A DNA stretch of 57,651 nt, counting the filler, from Stramenopiles sp. TOSAG23-2 (taxonomy: Eukaryota): assembly GCA_900128395.1 (NCBI GenBank). It is 3 parts of 3 records of this genome, joined end to end, with 100 filler letters (N's around TTAATTAATTAA, not from the genome) between each part and the next. Parts side by side here need not be neighbours in the genome. Positions count along the whole stretch, not along the records: positions 1 to 19,248 come from LT649587.1; 2 more parts are not named here. One strand, 5' to 3'. Below, piece after piece: positions 1 through 9,032 of the stretch. Under the pieces are notes generated by a model. It was not told the DNA's origin. It saw nothing but the letters and a program-made list of their open reading frames with translations, and did not search any database. Position numbers and translations under genes: made by a program. Position 1 is the first letter of the stretch. Each line of letters starts with the position of its first letter.

Positions 1-271
1 GATTATGTGTTTACAAAACTAATTTATTCATGTGTATAATGATATATTTTTGTTGAAATATGGGGATCTTAAGGTCGCTTATACAGTGGTAATACATTTA
101 TCCATATCGATTATTATTAAAATAAATTTCCGATTTAAAATTATTATATTATTAGTATTCTAAAAGTACAAATAAATAGGAAACATAATATTATAAAATT
201 GTATGAGTTAATTCCATTTTATAGATGAATATAAAAAATTTGTTAGATCACACAAGATTACTAAAATTCGG

Positions 272-295
272 GAATGGCCTCGATCGAGGCCATTC
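272..295. repeat. Perfect 24-bp palindrome GAATGGCCTCGA|TCGAGGCCATTC upstream of the first gene
   Basis: Seen directly: the second 12 nt are the exact reverse complement of the first 12. It is GC-rich in otherwise very AT-rich DNA. Confidence 0.9.
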
Positions 296-535
296 AGATT
301 ATCCCATTAAAGGATAGTACCTGGTAGTCGTCTATAATGAATAAAACATAGAATTGAAATAATTATAATATATTTATATACTATGTACATGTATAATAAG
401 TACATTTAATTTAAATATACAGAAACAAAGATATTCCACAGATCAAATGATCAACTAAAATATTTTTCAACGCATCTTAGAGTTTAATTGCACCTAATTA
501 TTACTATTGTCTGTAGTAGTAGTAGTAATAGTATT

Positions 536-3500
536 ATGTCGCTAGCAATATATACTTTGAAACGAATTTTATCATTAGGAAAACAAAGATCAAAAGCAGT
601 TCATATTAAAACATCAACCACATGTCGTACTGCAGTTTTTTCATTAGTAGCATTATATTGCAGTAATGGTTATATTATACTGCGTTATGCTGGTCCTTCG
701 AATGACACTAGAAATGTTTTGCCCATTGTTAGGTATATCCCATGGTCTGTGTCTAGTGACTCTTTTGAAAGTAATAACACAGATAAAAATTTAGACAAGA
801 AAAATAATAAAAGCGATAATGATAATAATAATAATAATAGTACAATGAAAAACAACAAGCTTTACAACCATGCTGTAAAAGCATTAACATTTAACGACAA
901 TGGAAAGCAACTATTTGTCTTATGCGCAGATGGGAGTGTTTATTGTTTACCCGCTCTCGCAATTGTGATGGAAACAAACCCAGCAAAATCATCAAACAAT
1001 AATTCTAAAAATAATAGTAATAATTTAATACGCTCTGTTCCAGCAAATCAACTTTTACAATCATATGCTAGGACACCGGAACATGGGGAGAGCACAAGTG
1101 ATAATAGTAGTATAAGGCAAGCACGTCATGCGGTTAGGGATGCACGAAGGCTTGTTAAAAAAGGTAGCGGTGGCGTCTCGATCGTTTTTTGGCGTTCGTT
1201 TCAGGGAAAATCATACTTATTGCTAGGGACAGAACAAGGACGTATGATAATTGTAGATTGTGGTAAAGAAAATTTTGGTGATTATGTCCTTGGTCTTTTT
1301 ATCGCGCCAAAGCATCGTGTAGATAAAATAAATATATTGACAGATGGGTCAAAACAACGTCGATGGCGTTATGCTATTATAAATACATCAAAAGGTAATA
1401 AGGATGGACACAATACACGAATAAAGGATACATATCGAATATTATTAGAACGACCTAAAGCATTTGTACAAGGTTTGATGTCGCCATATAAAGATGCCAA
1501 TAAAATGTCTAGAAACGAATATGTAAACTTATGCGATCATTTATCATCATCAGAAGCTGATAATCCTTTATCGATAAGTGGTGGGATTGGCTTTTCGTTG
1601 GGTAGCATTAGAGGTAATAAGAGTCAAAAAAATAGTCCTGGTAGCAATAATTACAGTAGCCCTAACAAGAATAACATTGGTAATAACAGCAATAATAGCA
1701 ATAATAATAATGCAAGTTTGCAATTACATCCTGATTTTATTCCACAAAAAATTACATTTGTTGAAAATTATATGTCTAATAATAATAATAATTTATCTGA
1801 ACAACATTTAGGAAGCTGGCAAGGATCTGGATTAGGTTTATATGATCAAGAAAAATTTTTGTTCTCATTATTTTCTGTAGATGCACCATTGCCACAACGA
1901 TATCCATTGTTTGAATTTAATATGCCATCTTCAACGGAAAATATTTTATATACGAAACGAGTTCTTTTTGTAGGATGTAAAGATGACGTGCAAAACAATA
2001 GTAAGAACTACAATAATGGTAAAACTATTGTTAAATTATTCTCGTCATTTTTATTATCTGGTGTTTCAACCGATAGAAACGATGATGATGATATAAATGC
2101 TGATAGTAACGATACCAATGACAATAAGAGCGGTGATAGCAATATTGGTTTAATACAAACATTCGAAATACCAACTGATTGTGATACTAATATCATTAAT
2201 TTTGAATATGCGCCATGGTGCTTTACAAAATCTGAAGATTTGTATTTAGAAGGTGTTATCATGATAACACGTGATGCAATTTATGAATTTCAACCAAGAA
2301 GTATTGAAAGAATTGAAGAGAATTTTCAAAATTTGATCGATCAAGAAGAAGAAGAGGATATTGCAGATGAACTGCAGCAACAAGTAAATGATTTATCAGA
2401 GATAAATGAAGACAATGACAACGGTAATAATAAATCGATGAATGTTGAAAGCACAAGCCCTGAACAATACGCCCAAGTATTAGGTTTAAATATATTAGCA
2501 TTGTATGAACAAGCTGGTGATAGAAAGTTAAAGGAAGGAAAACAAAATGCGGCAAGAGCTTTAGCATTGTACAAATTATCAAATATGAGTGTACATCAAA
2601 TATTAAAGCGCTTGATTTTGGCTGGTAGGCCTGATTTAGCTGCTACACACGCTGCGTTTATCTTAAGCTCAAATGCAAATAATGAAACATCTGAGTTTAA
2701 TAAAGCAGAAATTACAGATTTATCCCATTTAGCTATAAAATGTTATTTGAGTTGTGTGGAGAGGCTTCCTAATAATGGTGATGATAATAAGCAGAATGGT
2801 GGTGATCAAATTGATGATAAGACAAATATGAATACTTATGTAGGTAATGATACAGTATCGTTACAATTGTGCAGCGATCAAGCTAAAATTGTTGAGCCGA
2901 ATGCACCTTTTGGTTTGCTCAGTTTTTTAGAAAAAAACAAAATTTACGATCTGAAATTTGTGTTGAAGTTATTATGCCAAACTGGTTTATATGGTGCCAT
3001 TTTTGTTGCTGCACATTCAAGAAAGAACATATTGATAGCATTGGAATTGTTTGCGCTCTCATCAGCTCCTAAGTTAAACCAATTGTGTTATCAATATTTA
3101 TTGCAACACAATTACATTAAGGAAATTTGCTTAGCATCTGAATCAAGTATATTCCATGCACTGACGGCAGATAAACAATTTCAGTTGCTATTCAAAAATA
3201 ATTGTATCATTACGACAAATGTACAAATCAGTTTAATTGTTTACTTGTATCCAGTCCTATCCTCTCGTATATATGAATGGAGCAGTGAGCAAATATTACA
3301 TGCTACAATTGTAGTTGAAAATTTGCTGCAAGAACTAAATAATATGTTCATGAATAGCAATAATAAAAAAGATAATGCCAATAGACGTCGATCGTTATGC
3401 GTATTATCAGAATGTTTAATACATTTTCTACTATTTTACGTATCTAAGCCACCATCCTCGGTGGAACATGACGAAGAACGCCAACGACAACTGAAACGAT

Positions 3501-4447
3501 TAGAAGTTTTTGTATCTTTACAAACAAAATATTTTCGTCCAAATGTGATTGAATGTTTAACCGTCGATTTTGAATGTTTTAGTATTGGTGCTTTAATGTA
3601 TGAAAGTAATAATAGATTCGATAAAGCTGTAAATTTACGCTTGTCTGAAATTCAAAGCAATTATGTCAATAGTAGTAATGAAGGCAGCATGGATGGTGAA
3701 TTTTGTAATTTATTATTAAATTTGATTGAAAGTCATATTTTAAAAATTTCCATAAGTGATCGTTTAATACGTGTCAAATCATTACGAAAAATATTTCACC
3801 TGTGGTTTAAACTTAAATTTGATGTTAAAATCTTTGAGGCTGTGATATTAAAACATATATCTTCTCTTGGATATGAATTTAGTGCCATATTATTTCCACA
3901 GCATGACATTAGGAAACTTAATAATAATAGCAGCAACAACAATTACAACAGAAAGGATGGTATCAATAAGGATCGTAGAAATGATGATTCGATGGAAGCT
4001 TTATATCCACACTTTTCAAAAGACGTTTGCTTTGCTTTATGTATTGATCAAGTTTTGCCATCTCAGCATGAAAATAGGAGACGAAGACGAGCATCGTCTA
4101 TTGGTTTGTTGGGAGGGATTTGTACGAATCTTGCGAAAGGTATTAATGATAACAGAGAAATTGTATTGCATGCAGAAGATATTGATGGAATATGTCGTGA
4201 AAGTAATAATGGAACCAGTAGTGGAGGTGATATTTTAGTATTTTCATGTGGCCATGTATATTCAAAGCAAATTTTTTTCGAAGAAGTATTAGAACATTTT
4301 AAGCAAAGATTATTAAAATTGCGTTATACTTTACCAGCGACATTGGCAGTCATCTTGAAAGAATATAGAAAAGAGCATATATCATGTGCATGCCCAAAAT
4401 GTCTTATCATGTATTTTGAAGATATTGATCAACATATCGAGGAATAA
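536..4447 (+). CDS. Large uncharacterised protein; possible beta-propeller + helical solenoid + C-terminal degenerate RING/Zn-finger (Vps/HPS tethering-like layout)
   Basis: Long uninterrupted ORF; first ATG at 536 (the track's start at 488 is TTG). Beta-rich N-terminus (ALTFNDNGKQLFVLCADGSVYC, YLLLGTEQGRMIIVD), helical middle, C-terminal FSCGH...CACPKC. Family assignment is inference. Confidence 0.55.
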   Translation: MSLAIYTLKRILSLGKQRSKAVHIKTSTTCRTAVFSLVALYCSNGYIILRYAGPSNDTRNVLPIVRYIPWSVSSDSFESNNTDKNLDKKNNKSDNDNNNNNSTMKNNKLYNHAVKALTFNDNGKQLFVLCADGSVYCLPALAIVMETNPAKSSNNNSKNNSNNLIRSVPANQLLQSYARTPEHGESTSDNSSIRQARHAVRDARRLVKKGSGGVSIVFWRSFQGKSYLLLGTEQGRMIIVDCGKENFGDYVLGLFIAPKHRVDKINILTDGSKQRRWRYAIINTSKGNKDGHNTRIKDTYRILLERPKAFVQGLMSPYKDANKMSRNEYVNLCDHLSSSEADNPLSISGGIGFSLGSIRGNKSQKNSPGSNNYSSPNKNNIGNNSNNSNNNNASLQLHPDFIPQKITFVENYMSNNNNNLSEQHLGSWQGSGLGLYDQEKFLFSLFSVDAPLPQRYPLFEFNMPSSTENILYTKRVLFVGCKDDVQNNSKNYNNGKTIVKLFSSFLLSGVSTDRNDDDDINADSNDTNDNKSGDSNIGLIQTFEIPTDCDTNIINFEYAPWCFTKSEDLYLEGVIMITRDAIYEFQPRSIERIEENFQNLIDQEEEEDIADELQQQVNDLSEINEDNDNGNNKSMNVESTSPEQYAQVLGLNILALYEQAGDRKLKEGKQNAARALALYKLSNMSVHQILKRLILAGRPDLAATHAAFILSSNANNETSEFNKAEITDLSHLAIKCYLSCVERLPNNGDDNKQNGGDQIDDKTNMNTYVGNDTVSLQLCSDQAKIVEPNAPFGLLSFLEKNKIYDLKFVLKLLCQTGLYGAIFVAAHSRKNILIALELFALSSAPKLNQLCYQYLLQHNYIKEICLASESSIFHALTADKQFQLLFKNNCIITTNVQISLIVYLYPVLSSRIYEWSSEQILHATIVVENLLQELNNMFMNSNNKKDNANRRRSLCVLSECLIHFLLFYVSKPPSSVEHDEERQRQLKRLEVFVSLQTKYFRPNVIECLTVDFECFSIGALMYESNNRFDKAVNLRLSEIQSNYVNSSNEGSMDGEFCNLLLNLIESHILKISISDRLIRVKSLRKIFHLWFKLKFDVKIFEAVILKHISSLGYEFSAILFPQHDIRKLNNNSSNNNYNRKDGINKDRRNDDSMEALYPHFSKDVCFALCIDQVLPSQHENRRRRRASSIGLLGGICTNLAKGINDNREIVLHAEDIDGICRESNNGTSSGGDILVFSCGHVYSKQIFFEEVLEHFKQRLLKLRYTLPATLAVILKEYRKEHISCACPKCLIMYFEDIDQHIEE

Positions 4448-4473
4448 TTTGTATGTACATGTTTTATATAATG

Positions 4474-6555
4474 TTATTTATATCCAACTTTTCTAACACT
4501 TGGTACTTGCAATGTAGTTTGGAAGCCTTGATTAATACCCTTACGCTTCTTTCTACGACGATTTTTATCATATTTTTTAGAAAATTTGCCTTTACCATGT
4601 CTGCGTTGCCATTCTTTATGCCTACCGGTGGTTTCAAATTCATTTGTAGTTGCACGGCGAGGTTTCTCCTCTTCATCATCGCCATTATTGCTACCATCAT
4701 CACCATCATCGTCGTCGTCATTACCTTCTTGTGATTCATATGTAAAGGATTGCAATGGATCAGCTTGTGCATTTTTATTTTTTCGTTGAGATGCACTACT
4801 GTAATTATTAGCGCCATTGGTTTTCTTACGCTTACGTTTTCTTTTATTGCCAAAGTTAGTTTTTTTCGGTTTCATATCAGCTGGTAATAAATAGTCCGGT
4901 ACATGTGCTAAATGTTTTTTAATTAAATGCGGTCGCAAGGTACCTGCATGTTGCAAAATTTGTAAATCTTGCGGGTTTTCTTTAAAGTGATCTTTTAAAC
5001 GCTCGGAATTAATCATCTCCTGCTTCAATTCGCGAACACGTGCATCTCGCACTGCAACTTTAGTCACTGCACGTTTAACATCATCCATACGATACCTAAA
5101 ACCTTCAAGATCTTCGATTTTAAAATCAAAAAAAGCTGGTTGGCATAACATATCATCGCCTTCCCCTTGTAGTGTATCACCGTCTTCATCATTATTATTG
5201 TCAGCGGTACTATTTGCAGTTTTACTATTTAATCTTGGTTGTTCATCTTGCACTAATTTTAATATTTTTAACTCTTCCATATTATCATCTTCAACAAATG
5301 ATATAGCAGTGCCTGATGCACCACCACGTGCTGTACGTCCTATTCGATGTGTATATGCTTCAGGCGATTTTGGAAAATCTATATTTAATACAAATGTAAC
5401 ACCATGAAAATCAACACCACGAGATACGCCATATTCTTTATCATTTTTTGAAGTAGATTTTTGATTTGATTTCTTCGTTTTAGATGAATCTGCGTCGTCT
5501 TCTTCCTCCTCATCACTAGAATTATCTGATGATGAAGACTCCTCTTCATCATTTTCTTCCTCCTCTTCTTCCATTCCTAAACTATCATCAGTTGCAATTA
5601 ATATATCAAATACGCCTTTGTTAAATTCTTTTATAATATGTTGTCTAGAATTAAATGGCAATTCTGAATTCAATACTGCTGCATGAATACCAAATTGTTC
5701 CATGATTAATTTTTTGCGATAACATGCTTCAACATCATTGACGAAAAATAATGCTTTCCCAGTAATTACACCTAATTTAATAAATGCATACAATAATAAA
5801 TCTTTATCATCTTTTGGTATTGATAAATAAAATTGCTTCAGTTGACCATCACGTTTTCCCATTTCTAATCTTAAAATGACTGGATTACGCAACACTACTT
5901 TTTTCAATTTTTCCAAATCGTCACTAAGTGTTGCGGACATTAATAAAGATTGACATGTTTTAGGTAATTTTTCCACTACGGATTTAACATCATTTGCATA
6001 TCCATACGATAAAACTAAATCAGCTTCATCAACAATCAAGGTAGTGATAGTCTTCGCGTTGAAGTTGCCAGCTGCTAAGTGTTTCGCTGCTCGCAATGGT
6101 GTCGATATGATAATATCTGGATTTTCTCGCAACCATGCCTTTTGTGTATCTAAGCTTTCACTGGCAAAACTTAACGAAGTAATATCGTCTTTGCAATAAT
6201 AACATAATTGCTCTAATTGGTTCAACACTTGTCCACATAACTCACGTGTTGGGACTAATATCAACGCACGTACACCTTTTTTATAACTACTTTTCAAACT
6301 TTTTTCCAATAATATTTTTTGCAATATTGGTAAGCAATATGCTGCTGTTTTACCTGAACCAGTCCTTGCATGCACCAATACATCTTTCCCTTCCAATGCA
6401 AACGGTAAGCATTTTGCTTGTACTAACGTTGGATATACAAAGCCTAACTTTGCAATTGCTTTTGCCAATCTAACGTCTAAACCAAGGCTTTTACATGCTA
6501 CTTGAAATGATACTTGATCATCCAATAAATGGTGGTCTGTTTTCGTTGTTGTCAT
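4474..6555 (-). CDS. DBP9: DEAD-box RNA helicase DBP9/DDX56 (60S ribosome biogenesis)
   Basis: ARTGSGKT, PTREL, DEADLVLSYGY, SAT, EYGVSRGVDF, HRIGRTARGG, and DDX56-type C-terminus (FRYRMDD...REL, HLAHVPDYL). Confidence 0.92.
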   Translation of the reverse strand: MTTTKTDHHLLDDQVSFQVACKSLGLDVRLAKAIAKLGFVYPTLVQAKCLPFALEGKDVLVHARTGSGKTAAYCLPILQKILLEKSLKSSYKKGVRALILVPTRELCGQVLNQLEQLCYYCKDDITSLSFASESLDTQKAWLRENPDIIISTPLRAAKHLAAGNFNAKTITTLIVDEADLVLSYGYANDVKSVVEKLPKTCQSLLMSATLSDDLEKLKKVVLRNPVILRLEMGKRDGQLKQFYLSIPKDDKDLLLYAFIKLGVITGKALFFVNDVEACYRKKLIMEQFGIHAAVLNSELPFNSRQHIIKEFNKGVFDILIATDDSLGMEEEEEENDEEESSSSDNSSDEEEEDDADSSKTKKSNQKSTSKNDKEYGVSRGVDFHGVTFVLNIDFPKSPEAYTHRIGRTARGGASGTAISFVEDDNMEELKILKLVQDEQPRLNSKTANSTADNNNDEDGDTLQGEGDDMLCQPAFFDFKIEDLEGFRYRMDDVKRAVTKVAVRDARVRELKQEMINSERLKDHFKENPQDLQILQHAGTLRPHLIKKHLAHVPDYLLPADMKPKKTNFGNKRKRKRKKTNGANNYSSASQRKNKNAQADPLQSFTYESQEGNDDDDDGDDGSNNGDDEEEKPRRATTNEFETTGRHKEWQRRHGKGKFSKKYDKNRRRKKRKGINQGFQTTLQVPSVRKVGYK

Positions 6556-6556
6556 T

Positions 6557-6590
<34 letters not shown>

Positions 6591-6611
6591 TTAACTATAA
6601 ATAACTAAAAC

Positions 6612-7111
6612 AATATATAGATAAATATGAGTGATTGATCAATGTATGTTGCATATATCAATATCCTGTGATGGATACCAACTTTATCTTGTAATATATA
6701 TAACTATTATTATTATTACATGTATTAATACAATCTTCCTTCTCGTCTACTGGCCATCCATCCTGTTGTTGTGGCATAAAACTTGAAGTAGTTTTTAATT
6801 GGTACTGTCTTTGATTTATTATCCCTATATATACATAGATCTGGATGGACACAGCATTAAAACATATCAGAGCTCCCTATTACAGGTCTACAGTACAGTA
6901 CTGTATAAATTGAGGAGGCGAGCCCGAACAACAACAAACTAAAAACAAACTCGTCATTTTTTTCACCACCATACCGGTATAGTATTATAATACGTGCCAA
7001 TTACGCCAGTATATTATTAATATGTGCATATTAATAATACTGGCATAATAAAAAAAAAGAAGAAATATATAATATATAGATAAATATGAGTGATTGATCA
7101 ATGTATGTTGC
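6612..7111 (+). repeat. Identical 41-bp direct repeat (6612-6652 and 7071-7111) bracketing a divergent promoter
   Basis: AATATATAGATAAATATGAGTGATTGATCAATGTATGTTGC occurs twice, 459 bp apart. Confidence 0.9.
7001..7048. repeat. Imperfect inverted repeat (hairpin) in the divergent promoter
   Basis: GCCAGTA(TA)TTATTAATATG-TG-CATATTAATAATACTGGC forms an 18-bp stem with a 2-nt bulge. Confidence 0.75.
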
Positions 7112-7169
7112 TTGTTATCGTGTTTTATTGTTTTAAATTCCATAATTATAACTATTGCCCATTATTACA

Positions 7170-8609
7170 ATGACCAGAAAAGGAAAACGAAGACGTAAAT
7201 ATGAAAATTCAAACCAAGAAATTAAAAAAACATGTAAACCACATGATTCCACAACAAATATGGATATGGAGCAATTGAAAAAAAATTTAGGGTTTGTTCC
7301 ATCCAATTTATATTGGGTGAAAAAAAGAAGCAAAAAAGATGTTGAAACGAATGAAATAACGCCACAAGCTTGCGTTATGTATCCATTGTCAACTACTGCA
7401 TTGAATGGAAAATTAGAGCCGTTTCCAACGATTTGCTGGTTAACTAGTACAAAGTTAAAAACTCGTGTTAGTGCATTGGAAAAATCAGCATGGATAAAAG
7501 ATTTTCATTACATGTTAAAAACAAATGTAAATACATATGGTAAACGTATGAGAAATGCACATGAAATGTATGCAAAAACACGAACTAATTTATTAACTGA
7601 GGAAGATCGAGATCTAGTCATTAAAAATGGATGGACACAAGCTTTAAGTGAAAATAGAGGAGTCGCTGGTATCTTGAAAACGTCTGTAGATATGAATAAT
7701 AATAATAATTCAACAACAATAACTACATGGGATATAAGTGTTAAATGTTTACATGCACATCTTGCACATTATTTATGTTTTCCAGAACATGACAATATAA
7801 TTGGTAAATGGACTTGGAATGCATTAAATAAAAATTACGATTCGAATCGAATTTGTACAACATTACCGTTATTAAATTCTATATATCAATTATGGAATGA
7901 CAATAACTCAAATGATGAAATTGTGAAAATGCAAGCACAAATGTTAAAGAAATGTTTAAATACAATGTATATAGAAGAAGATAATAATAATAATAATAAT
8001 AAAATTTGTAAAAAGTGGGATGATATTCATCAAGTAAAAACGGTACCTCCTGAAAATGTAAGTCAAATGCTATCAAAGAATAATAATAAGCATGAAAAAA
8101 TATTGAAACCAATTAAAATATTATTAGAGAAAGCATGGGATGTCTTACCATGGAAACTTCCAAAAACATTGTCACATGATTATTCAAATAATATGGGCGA
8201 AGTATTGCAGCATTTTAAAAGTGTCATGATAGTTGGTAATCCAGAATATGGTGCCATGATAGAAAGCAATGAATTATATGTTGGTTTATTTTATTTAAAA
8301 GAAAATATGCATTATCCAACCCATGCACATGAAGCATTTGAAACGTATACATTCATAAGTGGTAATGGGGATGAAGTATTACACCAACGTGATCAGAAAG
8401 ATGATGATAATAATAATGAAAATACAGCGATGACAATTGCAACCCCAACACCTTATATACATAATCATGGTCATCAACCACACGCTATTAAAACATCGAA
8501 TAAACCATTAGTTTGTTTATATGCCTGGACACGTGGTATTAATGTTGATGGTGTTAACAATAATAGTAATAGCTTTGAGCTTCCAGGGAAGTATTGGTTT
8601 TGTTCTTAA
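7170..8609 (+). CDS. Fusion protein: N-terminal DUF501 + C-terminal DMSP-lyase-like cupin (DddQ/DddL type)
   Basis: DUF501 motifs PFPTICWLT, RGVAG and VKCLHAHLAHYL...NIIG. Cupin motif 1 VGLFYLKENMHYPTHAHEAFETYTFISG and motif 2 HNHGHQPHAIKTSNKPLVCLYAWTRG. First ATG at 7170. Confidence 0.75.
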   Translation: MTRKGKRRRKYENSNQEIKKTCKPHDSTTNMDMEQLKKNLGFVPSNLYWVKKRSKKDVETNEITPQACVMYPLSTTALNGKLEPFPTICWLTSTKLKTRVSALEKSAWIKDFHYMLKTNVNTYGKRMRNAHEMYAKTRTNLLTEEDRDLVIKNGWTQALSENRGVAGILKTSVDMNNNNNSTTITTWDISVKCLHAHLAHYLCFPEHDNIIGKWTWNALNKNYDSNRICTTLPLLNSIYQLWNDNNSNDEIVKMQAQMLKKCLNTMYIEEDNNNNNNKICKKWDDIHQVKTVPPENVSQMLSKNNNKHEKILKPIKILLEKAWDVLPWKLPKTLSHDYSNNMGEVLQHFKSVMIVGNPEYGAMIESNELYVGLFYLKENMHYPTHAHEAFETYTFISGNGDEVLHQRDQKDDDNNNENTAMTIATPTPYIHNHGHQPHAIKTSNKPLVCLYAWTRGINVDGVNNNSNSFELPGKYWFCS

Positions 8610-8983
8610 AAAAGATTATATATATTTCATATTATATGTCACACCGTTAGATCTTATACACTATATGTAATATTGTAGTACTCTTTTAGCAACCTTACCA
8701 CCGGTAGGCATAAAGAATGGCAACGCAGACATGGTAAAGGCAAATTTTCTTGTGACATATAATATGAATATATATAATCTTTTTTAAGAACAAAACCAAT
8801 ACTTCCCTGGAAGCTCAAAGCTATTACTATTATTGTTAACACCATCAACATTAATACCACGTGTCCAGGCATATAAACAAACTAATGGTTTATTCGATGT
8901 TTTAATAGCGTGTGGTTGATGACCATGATTATGTATATAAGGTGTTGGGGTTGCAATTGTCATCGCTGTATTTTCATTATTAT
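8410..8983. repeat. ~233-bp inverted duplication of the 3' end of the DUF501-cupin gene (arms 8410-8643 and 8751-8983)
   Basis: Minus-strand ORF 8784-8990 reproduces the last ~64 aa of the 7170-8609 protein. The arms differ by a 1-bp indel (TATTTCAT vs TATTCAT). Confidence 0.95.
8697..8750. repeat. 54-bp inverted copy of DBP9 coding sequence (source 4579-4632) inside the inverted-repeat spacer
   Basis: ACCACCGGTAGGCATAAAGAATGGCAACGCAGACATGGTAAAGGCAAATTTTCT is the exact reverse complement of 4579-4632. Confidence 0.95.
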
Positions 8984-9032
8984 CATTCATTCATTGAGAG
9001 ACAGAGAGAGAGATAGAGAGATACGTATCAAT

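Noticed and set aside
8784-8990. Separate 68-aa cupin gene on the minus strand
   Set aside because: It is the inverted duplicate arm and lacks cupin motif 1.
8910-9032. N-terminal extension of the PDI-C ORF
   Set aside because: It is the inverted-repeat arm plus a (GA)n tract; homology starts at ATG 9033.
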